From assembly GCA_964016885.1 (NCBI GenBank), contig OZ024757.1, positions 14,694,001 through 14,758,000 of the forward strand: DNA of 64,000 nucleotides, in the 5' to 3' direction. The notes beneath the pieces are model-generated. The model searched no databases. It worked only from the letters and a program-made list of their open reading frames with translations, and was not told the origin of the DNA. Position 1 is the stretch's first letter. The number at the start of each line of letters is the position of its first letter. A program made the position numbers and the translations under genes. This stretch comes from Eledone cirrhosa (lineage: Eukaryota). Positions 1 through 14,259 of the stretch are shown piece after piece.

Positions 1-2205
1 TCTACTTTAGGCACAAGGCCAGCAATTATTTCAGTACATTACTGGTACTTTATTTTATCGACCCCGTATGGATGAAAAGCAAAGTCAACCTCGGCGGGAT
101 TTGAACTCAGACCAATAATAATAATTGTTTCTACTTTAGGCACAAGGCCAGCAATTATCCCAGTACATTACTGGTACTTTATTTTATCGACCCCGTAAGG
201 ATGAAAAGCAAAGTTAACCTCGGCGGGATTTGAACTCAGACCGTAAAGGGACGTAACTATACTGGAAAGCATGGCGTCCGACTCTCTACCGATACTGCCA
301 ATCCACAGACCAATAATAATAATAATTGTTTCTACTTTGGCACAAGGCCAGCAATTATTTCAGTACATTACTGGTACTTTATTTTATCGACCAATAATAA
401 TAATAATAATAATAAGAAGAAGAAGATTACATGGATTGGCAGTATCGGTAGAGGGTCGGACACCATGCTTTGATGCATAGAGTTACCTCCCTTTATGATC
501 TGAGTTCAAATCCCGTCGAGGTTAACTTTGTCTTTCATCCTTACAGGGTCGATAAAGTAAAGTACCAGTAATACACTGAGATAATTGCTGGCCTTGTGCC
601 AAAAGTAGAAACAATTATATATATTACATACTAGGGCGAAAGAATACCAGGAAGAAAGAATATTTTATTTGTTCGGCTATAATTGAAACTCGAGATAAAA
701 TATATTTGACAATCTAGGAAGTAAATTTGATTGGCCAGTAGAAATAATTACATCTGTTTGTATGGCGGAGTGAAGGAGGATGGTTGTTTTGTTACTAAAA
801 CATCCCGTGTTTGATCTTATTGGGAGACATCATAGACAAAGGTCATCTGTCCTAACATTTGGCAGAATCGGTAGAGCGTCGGACAACATGATTTACAGCA
901 CAGGTTCTCAACCCATTTAAGCCAAACGCCCTCTTTTGTCCCTCGAAATCACGAAACGCCCCCCCCCCCCTATTTTTCCATTTTTCAATATACTACTGAT
1001 TTTTATATCAGTAGATTACTAAAAAATTGATTAACAATATTCCAAAGATGTGTGTATTATCTGATTATGTGTTGTATGTGGTCCTAGATGTGTGTGCTAC
1101 TCGCTTCTGTTTTTTCTTTTCTTCTTTTTTTATTTGTAATATTATTTATACAATAGGGAATAAAATAGATCTACATAGTGTTAACTCGTTGCGGTTGAGT
1201 CAATAATTTCAGACATGAAATACATTGTTATCGGCGAAGGAAAAATAAGATTCTAACTGGCTCAAAGTGTCTTTGACTCAGTTGACTGTGGATTTTTCCA
1301 TTTTTAGGATCTCAATTACCGGTTAACGTCTCAATTATCGGACATGCCTGCACACCTGCTCACAGCTGCGGTCAGACTATAGTTATGCTGTCTGCAAGCT
1401 CATTCAAATACATTCACACTGGCTGTCTCAAAGACATACAAATATGGCTTATAAAACTTACCAAAATAAAGAGCCTTCCAGCACCCCATAACCCAGCTCC
1501 AAACGCACCCTAACGCGACCTTGCTCCCAAACGCCCCCCTGGAGTTCGAAACGCCCCCCCCCCCGGGGGTGCATATGCCCCCCGTTGAGAACCTTTGATT
1601 TACAGCATAGTGTTATGGTCCTTTACGTTTTGAGTTCAAATCTTTCCGTGGTTTTGCCTTTCATCGATGGTTTATTATACATAAAGGGCGGTGGATTGAC
1701 AGTATTGGTAAAGGGTCGCAGCGTAGAGTTATGGCCCTTTACGGTTTGAGTACGTGTCCCGCCGAGGATAGTTAGTTAGGTTAGTTTTGCCTGTCATCCG
1801 TACGGGGTTCGATAAAGTAATGTACTGGAGTTGATTTCATCAATCCCCCCCCCCCCCCCCAAAAAAAAAAGATTGCTAGCCTTGTGCCTATATTAGAAAC
1901 CATTATATTACATCCTATGAATGGCGGTGGATTGGCAGTATCGGTAGAGGGTCGGACGCCATGCTTTCCAGCATAGTTACGTCCCTTTACGATCTGAGTT
2001 CAAATCCCGCCGAGGTTAACTTTGCCTTTCATCCTTACGGGGTCGATAAAATAAAGTACCAGTAATGTACTGGGTAATAGCTGGCCTTGTGCCTAAAGTA
2101 GAAACAATTATATTACATCCTAGATTTGGCAGAATCGGTAGAGCGTCGGATAACATGATTTACAGCATAGAGTTAAGGCCCTTTACGCTCTGAGTTCAAA
2201 TCCTT
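1..2205. mobile_element. Cluster of about 8 family-1 SINE copies or fragments in both orientations
   Basis: Minus copies 1-111, 128-308 and 330-391; plus copies 433-620, 860-1665 (interrupted), 1686-1905, 1923-2112 and 2127-2205. More at 7617, 8030, 13967 and 22435. Confidence 0.88.
899..1597. mobile_element. Non-autonomous hAT (Charlie-like) element inserted in a SINE
   Basis: TIRs CACAGGTTCTCAAC / GTTGAGAACCTTTG and perfect 8-bp TSD ATTTACAG (891-898, 1598-1605). The uninterrupted SINE site is visible near 2158. Confidence 0.9.
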
Positions 2206-2275
2206 CAGGACCCAAGTAAGGGGTCTCATAACTCAACCAGCACAACGCCTCATTTGTCCTAAATCCGGCTCTGGT

Positions 2276-2580
2276 TACCACCACTACTACTAATACAACT
2301 ACCATCCATACCACCACCACTACCACTACTACCACCTCTACTATCCACGCCACCACCACCACTACTACCACCAACACCACGACCACGACCACCACTACCA
2401 CTACAACCACCACCACCACTACTACCACCCCCATCTGTACCACCACCACCACTACCACCCCCATCTCTACCACCACCACCACTACAACTACTACTACTAC
2501 CACCACCACCACCACCACCATCTCTATCACCCTCATCTCTACCACCACCACTACCACCCCCATCTCTACCACCACTACCA

Positions 2581-2620
<40 letters not shown>

Positions 2621-2735
2621 CACTACCACTACTACTACTACCACCACCACCATCTCCATCTCTACCACCACCACCACTACCACTACAACTACTACTACTA
2701 CTACCACCCCCACCACCACCACTACCACCACCACC

Positions 2736-2782
<47 letters not shown>

Positions 2783-3325
2783 CACCACTACCACTACAAC
2801 TACTACTACTACCACCACCACCACCACCATCTCCATCTCTACCACCACCACCACTACCACTACAACTACTACTACTACTACCACCACCACCACCACTACC
2901 ACCCCCATCTCTACCACTACCACACCACCACCACCACTACTACTACTACCACCATCCATCACCACTACCACTACAACTACTACCACCACCACCACCACCA
3001 TCTCCATCTCTACCACCACAACTACTACTACTACCACCACCACTACCACCCCCATCTCTACCACTACCACCACACCACACCACCACCACCACCACCACTA
3101 CTACTACCACCATCACCACCACTACCACCACTACTACTACAACTACTACTACTACTACCACCACCACCACCATCTCCATCTCTACCACCACCACCACTAC
3201 CACTACAACTACTACTACTACTACCACCACCACCACCACCACCACTACCACCCCCATCTCTACCACTACTACCACCACACCACCACCACCACCACTACTA
3301 CTACTACCACCATCCATCCCACTAA
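2276..3325. repeat. (ACC/ACT)n degenerate trinucleotide satellite
   Basis: Read directly from the sequence. Confidence 0.95.
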
Positions 3326-3566
3326 CTAAGCAGAAGGAAATATCTAGATACAGAAAACGACGTCTCGAGAAAACATGTTTTTCTAACTTCTCAGAATTTG
3401 TTTTACGGAAATTACCGAAGAAGGAAGATAAAAACGTGAATTCCGGAAGCAAATATTTCTCTCCAGTAGCGGCCTTCAGTTTCCTTTGTGAAGTGCCTTA
3501 CCTTCTCGTGATGTATGATACAGTACAGTGACCCTCAGACTAAATACTACCAGGGGGCCAATGGCT

Positions 3567-3853
3567 CAGCGGCGTGCAGAGTTTTGGTGATGGCCGGGGC
3601 AAATCTTGATTGTATGCCCCAAAGACTCAAGTATAAGGCCTAATGCCCCAAACACTCAAGTATAAAGCCCCTAATATCCTGAGAAATATTATGAGAAAGG
3701 AACTATTATGAATAAACGCTTGAAATAAACGCCTCATTCGATTTTAATATAAATCAATCAAATTTATTAAGTTCTTTTCTCCCAAATAATGCCCCCATCC
3801 AAAGAATGCCCGGGGCCAACGCACCGTCACCCTCTCCCCTCTGCACGCTAGCG
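3567..3853. mobile_element. Probable hAT MITE
   Basis: Subterminal inverted GCGTGCAGAG and 7/8 TSD CAATGGCT / CAATGGCG; outer TIR bases are degenerate. Confidence 0.55.
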
Positions 3854-4101
3854 CAATGGCGGAGTATGTTTTGGTCTGAGTTCTAGGACTACATTACTCA
3901 GAAAAGAGCGTTTTTTGGTGACGAAGCAGGAAATAGGAAGAGGAAGGAGAGAGATACTGGAATCCAAGAGGAGAATATGGGCAGCGATGTGGCCTCTATT
4001 GGTAGTCCACCCACGCGCTGTTACTGTTAACGGCTTAAACACCCAATCAACGTTGGACACACCGTATGAAGGCATCAATGCCCCTCCAGGCCAAGCCTAT
4101 G

Positions 4102-4256
<155 letters not shown>

Positions 4257-4409
4257 ATATAAAATAAAGAGTCTTGCGCAAAGACATAACGCATCGTCTG
4301 GTCCAGGAATCGAACTCCCAACCTCACGATTGCGAATCCAATTCTCTTACCACTTACCCTTCACTATATATATATATATACAATTTGTCAGCATTTTCTT
4401 TTCCGTTTA

Positions 4410-4706
<297 letters not shown>

Positions 4707-4719
4707 TTAATATAGATGA

Positions 4720-4768
4720 GATTCTACAGGGCTAGAACTGTTTCATTCATTAGAAATCATCAGGAATC
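4720..4768 (-). ncRNA. Type I hammerhead ribozyme, family A (mirror copy)
   Basis: Reverse-complement copy in the left arm of palindrome 4703-4838; core intact. Confidence 0.85.
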
Positions 4769-4772
4769 TCCT

Positions 4773-4821
4773 GATTCCTGATGATTTCTAATGAATGAAA
4801 CAGTTCTAGTCCTGTAGAATC
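4773..4821 (+). ncRNA. Type I hammerhead ribozyme, family A
   Basis: gattc CTGATGA tttc-taat-gaat GAAA cag-ttctagtc-ctg TA gaatc. All three stems pair; GUA cleavage triplet. Confidence 0.85.
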
Positions 4822-4904
4822 TCATCTATATTAAAACTGTTATACTCTGGTATGTATTGAGTACCTTACTTACTGTGGTTACCTCCGATTCAACCCGGAA
4901 TAAC

Positions 4905-4948
<44 letters not shown>

Positions 4949-4951
4949 GTA

Positions 4952-4984
<33 letters not shown>

Positions 4985-4988
4985 CTAC

Positions 4989-5025
<37 letters not shown>

Positions 5026-5032
5026 TATATAA

Positions 5033-5209
<177 letters not shown>

Positions 5210-5210
5210 A

Positions 5211-5277
<67 letters not shown>

Positions 5278-5279
5278 TG

Positions 5280-5360
<81 letters not shown>

Positions 5361-5395
5361 GTATATATATATATACATATGTATATATGTATATA

Positions 5396-5454
<59 letters not shown>

Positions 5455-5540
5455 ATAATAATAAAATTGAAGACTAAAATCCAAAGAGGGCTCGATAAGG
5501 AAAATATATATCAAATATATATCAAATATATAAGAACCGT

Positions 5541-5591
5541 AGTTTCAGAAGATCCCGTTAAGGGTGAAAGCAGCGATTCTTTGCTTAAACT
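5541..5591 (+). ncRNA. Hammerhead-like RNA, family F (core variant CAGAAGA)
   Basis: agttt CAGAAGA tccc-gttaa-gggt GAAA gca-gcgattctt-tgc TT aaact. All stems pair; U4 is replaced by A. Confidence 0.6.
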
Positions 5592-5607
5592 TTAATCTGT
5601 TATTTTA

Positions 5608-5652
<45 letters not shown>

Positions 5653-5921
5653 ATGAAAAATTGAACAGGGACAGAACAGAGAGGCAGTACGATAAATGTT
5701 TATTAAATTCACGCTCAGGAGAGTGGGGGGTAGGTGGGGGGTAGGTGGGGGACAACTCACCTCCTACATATATATATATGTATATATATATATGTAGGAG
5801 GTGAGTTTTATTGTAGTACAATAAAGCAATGCAGATATCGGATAAGAAGCACTCTACAGTTTGTAGGACTGGAGTATACATAATATATAAGAACAAAAGA
5901 TGGTTAAAAGAGTTCCATGTA

Positions 5922-5988
5922 TTTTATTATGCGCATTTCAAAAACAAATATCATCATGAAATAATATTTGTGTTTTCATCAGATAAAA
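5922..5988 (-). ncRNA. Minimal hammerhead ribozyme, family B (mirror copy)
   Basis: Left arm of palindrome 5875-6234; core intact on the minus strand. Confidence 0.85.
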
Positions 5989-6120
5989 CAGGAGGACATG
6001 ATATGAAGGTTAAAAAACACTTGTGGATAGTTCAGTTTTAAATCAACATATGATATGATATGTTGATTTAAAACTGAACTATCCACAAGTGTTTTTTAAC
6101 CTTCATATCATGTCCTCCTG

Positions 6121-6187
6121 TTTTATCTGATGAAAACACAAATATTATTGCATGATGATATTTGTTTTTGAAATGCGCATAATAAAA
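6121..6187 (+). ncRNA. Minimal hammerhead ribozyme, family B
   Basis: ttttat CTGATGA [long stem II] GAAA tgcgca TA ataaaa. Palindromic stem III of the Penelope type. Confidence 0.85.
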
Positions 6188-6226
6188 TACATGGAACTCT
6201 TTCAACCATCTTTTGTTCTTATATAT

Positions 6227-6295
<69 letters not shown>

Positions 6296-6296
6296 G

Positions 6297-6389
<93 letters not shown>

Positions 6390-6671
6390 AAGTTAAATAA
6401 AAGTCAAATGATTAAAATTTAGCTTCGTTTATTACTGCTATATATAGTTCAGTGACAGCCATCTTTGGCTGTGACCTCTTCAGGCAGTTTGAATTAGTAT
6501 GGTATAGACAAGTACATATGTTGTTTAGGTGTATGATATTGTCAATACTCTGATATGCCCAGTTCCTTGTTGGGTTGTTAATTCACTGGGGAACTGGAGT
6601 CATATGAATTCAAACAAACGCATTTTAGTGTCACAGGTCCCCTTCTCCTCTCATTGGTCAGTTATTAGTGA

Positions 6672-6764
<93 letters not shown>

Positions 6765-6801
6765 TTATATATATATATATGTATATGTATATATATATGT
6801 G

Positions 6802-6872
<71 letters not shown>

Positions 6873-6972
6873 ATAATAAAGTGTCTTGCGCAAGGACATA
6901 ACGCATCGTCCGGTCCAGAAATCTTTCTCACAACCTCACGATTGCGAACCCAATTCTCTTACCATATATATG

Positions 6973-7026
<54 letters not shown>

Positions 7027-7077
7027 CATATATATTTTGTCGTTCCTGGGACGTTTAGCCCTAGGAAGGGAAAATGC

Positions 7078-7156
7078 TTCTCTGATGAGCTTTGGTTTTC
7101 CATCATAAATCCATCGGATTTATGAGGTTTTACAAAGCGAAACTGATCAGTAAGGG
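7078..7156 (+). ncRNA. Hammerhead ribozyme, family G
   Basis: ttct CTGATGA gctttg...caaagc GAAA ctgatcag TA aggg. Stem III is the palindrome CTGATCAG. Confidence 0.8.
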
Positions 7157-7237
7157 CCACTAGAAGAGGTAAATATTTATATTATATTTTTTAATGTATT
7201 TTGAAAAATTGATTGAATTTTACTTGTTCTGCTTATC

Positions 7238-7308
<71 letters not shown>

Positions 7309-7378
7309 TAAGAGAATTGAGGTTGTGAGAAAGATTTCTGGACCGGACGATGCGTTATGTCCTTCTCCAAGACACTTT

Positions 7379-7471
<93 letters not shown>

Positions 7472-8205
7472 CAGATTAAAGTTTAAGCAAAGAATCGCTG
7501 CTTTCACCCTTAATAAATATTTGCTCTAGGGTTCTTATATATTTGATATATATTTATCCTTATATATTTATCCTTATCGAGCCCTCTTTGGAGGATTTTA
7601 GTCTTCACATTTATTATCCCGCCGAGGTTGACTTTGCCTTTCATCCTTACGGGGTCGATAAAATAAAGTACCAGTAATGCACTGGGTAATTGCTGGCCTT
7701 GTGCCTAAAGTAGAAACAATTATTATATATATATATATAATAAAGTGTCATATATATATATTATTTTTTAGCAAAGTTAACATCTTTCTAGCAGTGAACC
7801 GTAAAATATTATCCCACTTCCAGCTGAATGTATGTATGGTCCCGTAACTCCAGGGGGAGTCGTGAGGTGCTGTATTGACATACAGCCTTTCTGGAGCATT
7901 TTATGTTTCAAAACCTGGTAGAGCCCATCTCCTCTCTCCATGTCTGACTACAGCAGATTTCTTCCTGAGAAGGATAGAGAGAAAGAGTGTGGGAAAATGG
8001 AAGTAAAAAAGAGATATAGAGGAAGAATCGACCCCAGTATTAGACTGGTACTTTTTATCGACCATGAATGGATGAAAGGCAAAGTTGACCTCGGCGGAAT
8101 TTGAACTGAGAGAGTAGAAAGCCGAAACTAATACCATAAAGCATTTAATCCAACGTTTTAACGACTCTGCCAATTCGCCACCTTTCACTTCAAGTTACCT
8201 CCAGG

Positions 8206-9231
8206 TAGTGCCGGATTTACCATGTGCTTAGGTGTGCTTAAGCACAGGGCCCTGTTGGCCAGGATGGAGATGGGTATCTTCCTGCCAAAAGATTTTTCGA
8301 CGATGAATTTTTAAATTGCTTTTCGAATGTCAAACGTTCAAAGGGGCCTCATAATTTAACCAACACAGGACCTCATAACTTAACTAGCACAGGACCTCAT
8401 AACTTAACCAACACAGAGCCTCATAACTTAACTAGCACAGGACCTCATAACTTAACCAACACAGAGCCTCATAACTTAACTAGCACAGGACCTCATAACT
8501 TAACTAGCACAGGACCTCATAACTTAACCAACATAGAGCCTCATAACTTAACTAGCACAGGACCTCATAATTTAACCAACATAGAGCCTCATAACTTAAC
8601 TAGCACAGGGCCTCATAACTTAACCAACACAGGGCCTCATAATTTAATTAGCACAGGACCTCATAAGTTAATCAACACAAGGCCTCATAACTTAACTAGC
8701 ACAGGACCTCATAACTTAACCAACACAGAGCCTCATAACTTAACTAGCACAGGACCTCATAACTTAACCAACACAGAGCCTCATAACTTAACTAGCACAG
8801 GACCTCATAACTTAACTAGCACAGGACCTCATAACTTAACCAGCATAGAGCCTCATAACTTAACTAGCACAGGGCCTCATAACTTAACTAGCACAGGACC
8901 TCATAACTTAACTAGCACAGGACCTCATAACTTAACTAGCACAGGACCTCATAACTTAACCAGCACAGGGCCTCATAACTTAACTAGCACAGGATCTCAT
9001 AACTTAACTAGCACAGGACCTCATAATTTAACCAACACAGGGCCTCATAACTTAACTAGCACAGGACCTCATAACTTAACCAACACAGGGCCTCATAACT
9101 TAACTAGCACAGGATCTCATAACTTAACTAGCACAGGGCCTCATAACTTAACCAACACAGGGCCTCATAACTTAACCAACACAAGGCCTCATAACTAGCG
9201 CAGAGCCTCATTTCTCCTAAATTCGGCACTA
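8206..9231. mobile_element. hAT MITE containing a 20-bp minisatellite (about 8345-9210)
   Basis: TIRs TAGTGCCGGATTTA / TAAATTCGGCACTA, TSD CCTCCAGG / CCTCCTGG, and unit CCTCATAACTTAACTAGCACAGGA-like. Confidence 0.85.
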
Positions 9232-9954
9232 CCTCCTGGTAATCTGAGATCGCTTGCACATTACACCGAGTGTTAGTTTGAACATGATTTTAAATTACCC
9301 TTGCAGTGTCAATTCAATTAATCTGTTACACACATATATAACGGAATTTCCCTGCAGTTATTCTCGGGTCCCGAATAATAGGTAGAAGGTGGAGGAGGGT
9401 ACGTGTGTGTGTGGGTGCTGGACATTTGCTTAAATTCTTATAAACGGAAGAGTTGTGAAATTGGTAATTGTATAGTGTACGTTTGTAAATATGGGATTTA
9501 TTGTAATATTCTTTTTTTTTGTCATATATAGTGTTGTTTATTTTTTTAGCGTAAAATAAAATAATTATTAGAATCTCCAGCTGCTGTATCTATACAGACC
9601 GGGTAGCTGGGATCTGGTAGATATGGGGTTAAATTCCTCATAGCGGCTGATGGCGACTTCTTTGCCGTCTTTTAAGGGTCTTCGCACAATTTACAAGCTA
9701 ACTTTATAGTATCCCTGCGCTTGAGTACTTTCTTTATACTTATCATCATCATCATCATCCTTCGACTCCTCTGTGGGCAGTCGGAACTCTCTTGACAATC
9801 CCTTTCCACACTGTTCGGTCCTGCTTTACAGACCCCAGATCCCTTATGTCAAACCCTGAGTCCCGAGCTATGGTGTCTGGGAAAGTCAGTTTTCGTGATT
9901 AGACACATCCAGAGGGATGCCACAGAAAGAGTCATGAAATTATTTCATGCTTAT

Positions 9955-9988
<34 letters not shown>

Positions 9989-10463
9989 GTATGTATGCAT
10001 GTACACACACACACACACACACACAAATGTAACATATTAAATATGTTAGAATTATGTGCTTCTCAATAAATTAACTAAATAGACAAGAGTACATGTTCTC
10101 CTTTCTAATATGTTTTAGTATATATATATATATATATATGTAGGAGGTGAGTTTTATTGTAGTACAATAAAGCAATGCAGATATCGGATAAGAAGCACTC
10201 TACAGTTTGTAGGACTGGAGTATACATAATATATATATACAGGATAACAAATTATTGTTATAGGTAGTCCACTTAGATGTAGTCTGGTTAGGGTACTCCG
10301 AGTAGTGGATAGTATTAACGCTTGGGTGAGTTTGACTCAACAAGACGTTTCCATAGTGATGCTACGAGTACACGGTGTAATAATAAATGGAGTAATAATT
10401 ACTTGGAGTAATAATAAATCAAGAAAGAAGAGTGAAATAGTTTGCCATGTCACTCTTCTCTCT

Positions 10464-10505
<42 letters not shown>

Positions 10506-10580
10506 GTGTGTGTGGTAAGATACCAGGTGGACCATAACTCACTAGAGTACTCGATACTTGGAGTAGTAGAGTGGGTGATA

Positions 10581-10703
10581 TGAAAAGATTCAGGACCCCG
10601 ACGGCTGAGCTCCGGCCGTTTCGACAGCTAGATCCGAACTAAGACCATAGTTCGGATCTAGTTGTTGAAACGGTCGGAGCTCAGCCATCGGGGTCCTGAA
10701 TCT

Positions 10704-10708
<5 letters not shown>
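10581..10708. repeat. Family C hairpin element (other copies 11881-11996, 16768-16866; partial 40380, 44836)
   Basis: ggaccccgacggctgagctc...gagctcagccgtcggggtc inverted arms plus a shared one-sided tail of about 75 nt. Confidence 0.85.
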
Positions 10709-10786
<78 letters not shown>

Positions 10787-10819
10787 AGAATAAAGAGATA
10801 GAGAGATTGTGTAACTCAC

Positions 10820-10871
10820 CTTCAAATGGGGACATTCTTGCCCTGAGTCTGTTTTGTGATGAAGGGTACAT
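10820..10871 (-). CDS. Probable first coding exon of an unidentified gene (MYPSSQNRLRARMSPFE)
   Basis: ATG at 10871 and strong donor gaag|gtgagt in a unique-sequence island with a promoter-like motif upstream. No downstream exons were found. Confidence 0.4.
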
Positions 10872-10959
10872 GATGCTTGTGTTTCAATATCGAAGAGATC
10901 GTCTGCTTCCTTCCAGTTAGGACAGTAAAGGGTTTCTCTTTGGGGGAGTGCTTGAAATA

Positions 10960-10971
10960 TGCGCAGGCGCA
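10960..10971. promoter_or_regulatory. NRF1-like motif TGCGCAGGCGCA
   Basis: Matches the NRF1 consensus TGCGCATGCGCA at 11/12 positions, about 90 nt upstream of the candidate ATG. Confidence 0.45.
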
Positions 10972-11543
10972 AAGGATTGTCCTCCTATCTGCTTCCCCCT
11001 CCTTCAAGTGCTTTTAAATAGTTGCCATTTCCTTTGTTTATTCTAACTATTTATTCTAAATTAACCCTCAATGTTAAGTATATATGATATATACTATATA
11101 TATATATATATATATATATATTTCGGCGTTGTTTGGACCGTGCAATGTTTAGAATCTTATATTGTTAACATAGAAACGCATTAGCCTACGAAATAAATGT
11201 TATTGGTCGTTAGTTAGTACACAGAAGCTATAATACTATCAATATTAACCCTTTACCGCTTTATCGTTGTTTAAATATAGATTTGTGTAGCTAGTACAAA
11301 ACTATTCATATTTTTGTTACGTTTTAAAAGATTAATTAGGTCGAATTATCTAACTTAATAAGGAGGTTATAAGCTAAACAATGAATTTTGACCTTAATAA
11401 CTTGATAATATTTGAAGGATTGGGCGCATCATAGATCCACTCTCAATGTGATTAAGAATCGTTGACAGAGTGTTTACAAACACATGACAATCTCTTTCAC
11501 ACACACACACAATCTCTTTCACACACACACACATATATATATG

Positions 11544-11599
<56 letters not shown>

Positions 11600-11845
11600 A
11601 GGGTGTTAACGACATCACAACTTTCTCCGCTTGGCCTGTTCCCCCCCCCCCTTTTGGAACTTTCCCCCGTTGATGGGCGTGAGCCCGAAATATTGGGATT
11701 AAATCTCCACTACGGTAACCCTTCTACCTTTGTTTTGTTTTCATCTTTGTCTCTCTCAATTTTCACTTTCACCTGTTTTTCCTATCTATCTTTCACTTCC
11801 TACCTCGAGATTTCCCTCTGCATTGTTGTGGCTTTCTTAACTACG

Positions 11846-11884
<39 letters not shown>

Positions 11885-12072
11885 AACCAGTAAGACCCCG
11901 ACGGCTGAGCTCAAGCCGTTTCGACGGCTAATTCTGGACCAGAATTAGCCGTCGAAACGGCTTGAGCTCAGCCGTCGGGGTCTTACTGGTTCCTATTACC
12001 CACTCTACTACCCCAAGTATTGAGTACTTTGGTGCGTTATGGTCCACCTGGTTCCTTACCACATTTCCTTCG

Positions 12073-12114
<42 letters not shown>

Positions 12115-12274
12115 ATACTTTGGGAGGATCATGTTGCCAATAAGAAACGCACCAGTTGCTTTCACTCCAATTTTTTGTGTTTCTTATTGGCAACATGACC
12201 CTCCCAAAGTATAACAATATCGGTTTCAACACACGTTTTCAGATAAAGAATCTTGCTAAACAAATTCGGAAACG

Positions 12275-12317
<43 letters not shown>

Positions 12318-12504
12318 GTGAGTTTTATTGTAGCACAATAAAGCAATGCAAATACTCTCATCTCCTCCTCTTCCTTACCTTTTCCACCCCCCCCTCCTCA
12401 CTTTTTCCCAATCTCATGCATCAATCTTAAATTATTTTTCATATGATGATTTAAAACTTCACTATTCACAAGTGTTTTTTAAGCTTCATATCATGTATCC
12501 CTAT

Positions 12505-12569
12505 TTTATCTGATGAAAACGCAGATATCATCCCAGGATGATATTTGTTTTTGAAATGCGCATAATAAA
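12505..12569 (+). ncRNA. Minimal hammerhead ribozyme, family B solo copy
   Basis: tttat CTGATGA aaac...gttttt GAAA tgcgca TA ataaa. Stem II loop has diverged while the core is conserved. Confidence 0.8.
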
Positions 12570-12912
12570 CTTGGAACTCTTTTAACCATCTTTTGATCTT
12601 ATTATATATATCAACATTTCATTTTACGTCCGCATTTTTCCTGCTTGCAAGGGTGGGACGGGAACTGATTCTGGCTTGATTTCTACAGCTGGATGCCCTT
12701 CCTAACACCAACCTCATTTACAGTGAGTGCTGGGTGCTTTTTTGCCGTGGCACCTCCACGACCATTTTGCATCTCATTTCTACAGCTGAGTAAACTGGAG
12801 CAATGTGAAATAAAGTGTCTTGCTCAAGGAAACAACACATCGCCCGGTTTGAGAATTGAACTCACAACCTTTCGATTGCAAGGCCATTGCTCTAACCACT
12901 AAGCCTGTGCCT

Positions 12913-12965
<53 letters not shown>

Positions 12966-13081
12966 GTTATAACTCTAGGGTTATATACCCTACCGAGTGC
13001 TTAGCTGCACACCAAAACTGCATTCGTTAGCTTGGCTGCAACCATGGCTTCGTTGATGCTGTACTAAATTTTGTATATATT

Positions 13082-13116
<35 letters not shown>

Positions 13117-13176
13117 GGTCATTCCAAAGAAAAAGCAAAGGAAAAAAGAATGCTCTATGTATAGAACAGAGCTATT

Positions 13177-13369
13177 TAATTAAAAAGTGAACAACACAAT
13201 ATATAACTACTCCATTACTAAAGGTTTCAGGACCCTAGACAGTATTAATATATATCTAGTTCGTTTATCAGATAGAGATGTTGCACAATCAGGACATATA
13301 TTAATGTCTAGGTTCCTGAAACCTTTGGTAATGGAATAGTTATATATTGTGTTGTTCACTTTCTAATTA
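13177..13369. repeat. Diverged hairpin element with a decayed hammerhead (13210-13277, minus)
   Basis: Inverted arms; the minus strand reads ctctat CTGATAA ... GAAA cctttag TA atggag. Confidence 0.7.
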
Positions 13370-13386
13370 TATATATATTATATATA

Positions 13387-13433
<47 letters not shown>

Positions 13434-14259
13434 ATATAATATATATATATATGTATATATATATATAATATATATATAATATATATATATAATAAATATA
13501 TATATAAATATATATATATATATAATATATATATATATATAATATATATATATATATTATATATATATAATATATATATAAATATATATATATATAATAT
13601 ATATATAAATATATATATATATAATATATATATAAATATATATATATATATAATATATATAATATATATATATAATATATATAATATATATATATATATA
13701 ATATATATATATATAATATATATATAATATATATATATATATAATATATATATATATTATATATATATAATATATATATAAATATATATATATATAATAT
13801 ATATATAAATATATATATAATATATATATAAATATATATATATATAATATATATATATATATAATATATATATATATACACATGTAACTAACAAATAGTT
13901 TTATCGCTCTACATGGCTGAATACAATAAATGTAATGTAATCTGAGCTTTTCGAATATTAATAATTAAGGCAAAGTTAACCTCGGCGGGATTTGAACTCA
14001 GATCGTAAAGGGACATAACTATGCTGGAAAGCATGTCCGACGCTCTTATATATAATTGTTTCTACTTTTGGCACAAGGCCAGCAATAACCCCAGTGAGTG
14101 ACTGGTACTTTATTTTATCGACCCCGTAAGGATGAAAGGCAAAGTTAACCTAGGTGGAATTTGAGGTTAATTTCGCCTTTCATCCTTATGGGGTCAATAA
14201 AATGATATTCGATTCGTTTGCAATTATTTAAACAGCCTCTTTAAGCCATCTCAGTAGAA

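Larger units (their letters stand above)
5875..6234. repeat. Inverted repeat, about 177-bp arms
   Basis: Symmetric about 6054/6055 with few mismatches; embedded in (TA)n. Confidence 0.95.

Noticed and set aside
2183-3452. Poly-Val/Gly ORFs
   Set aside because: Translation of the ACC/ACT satellite.
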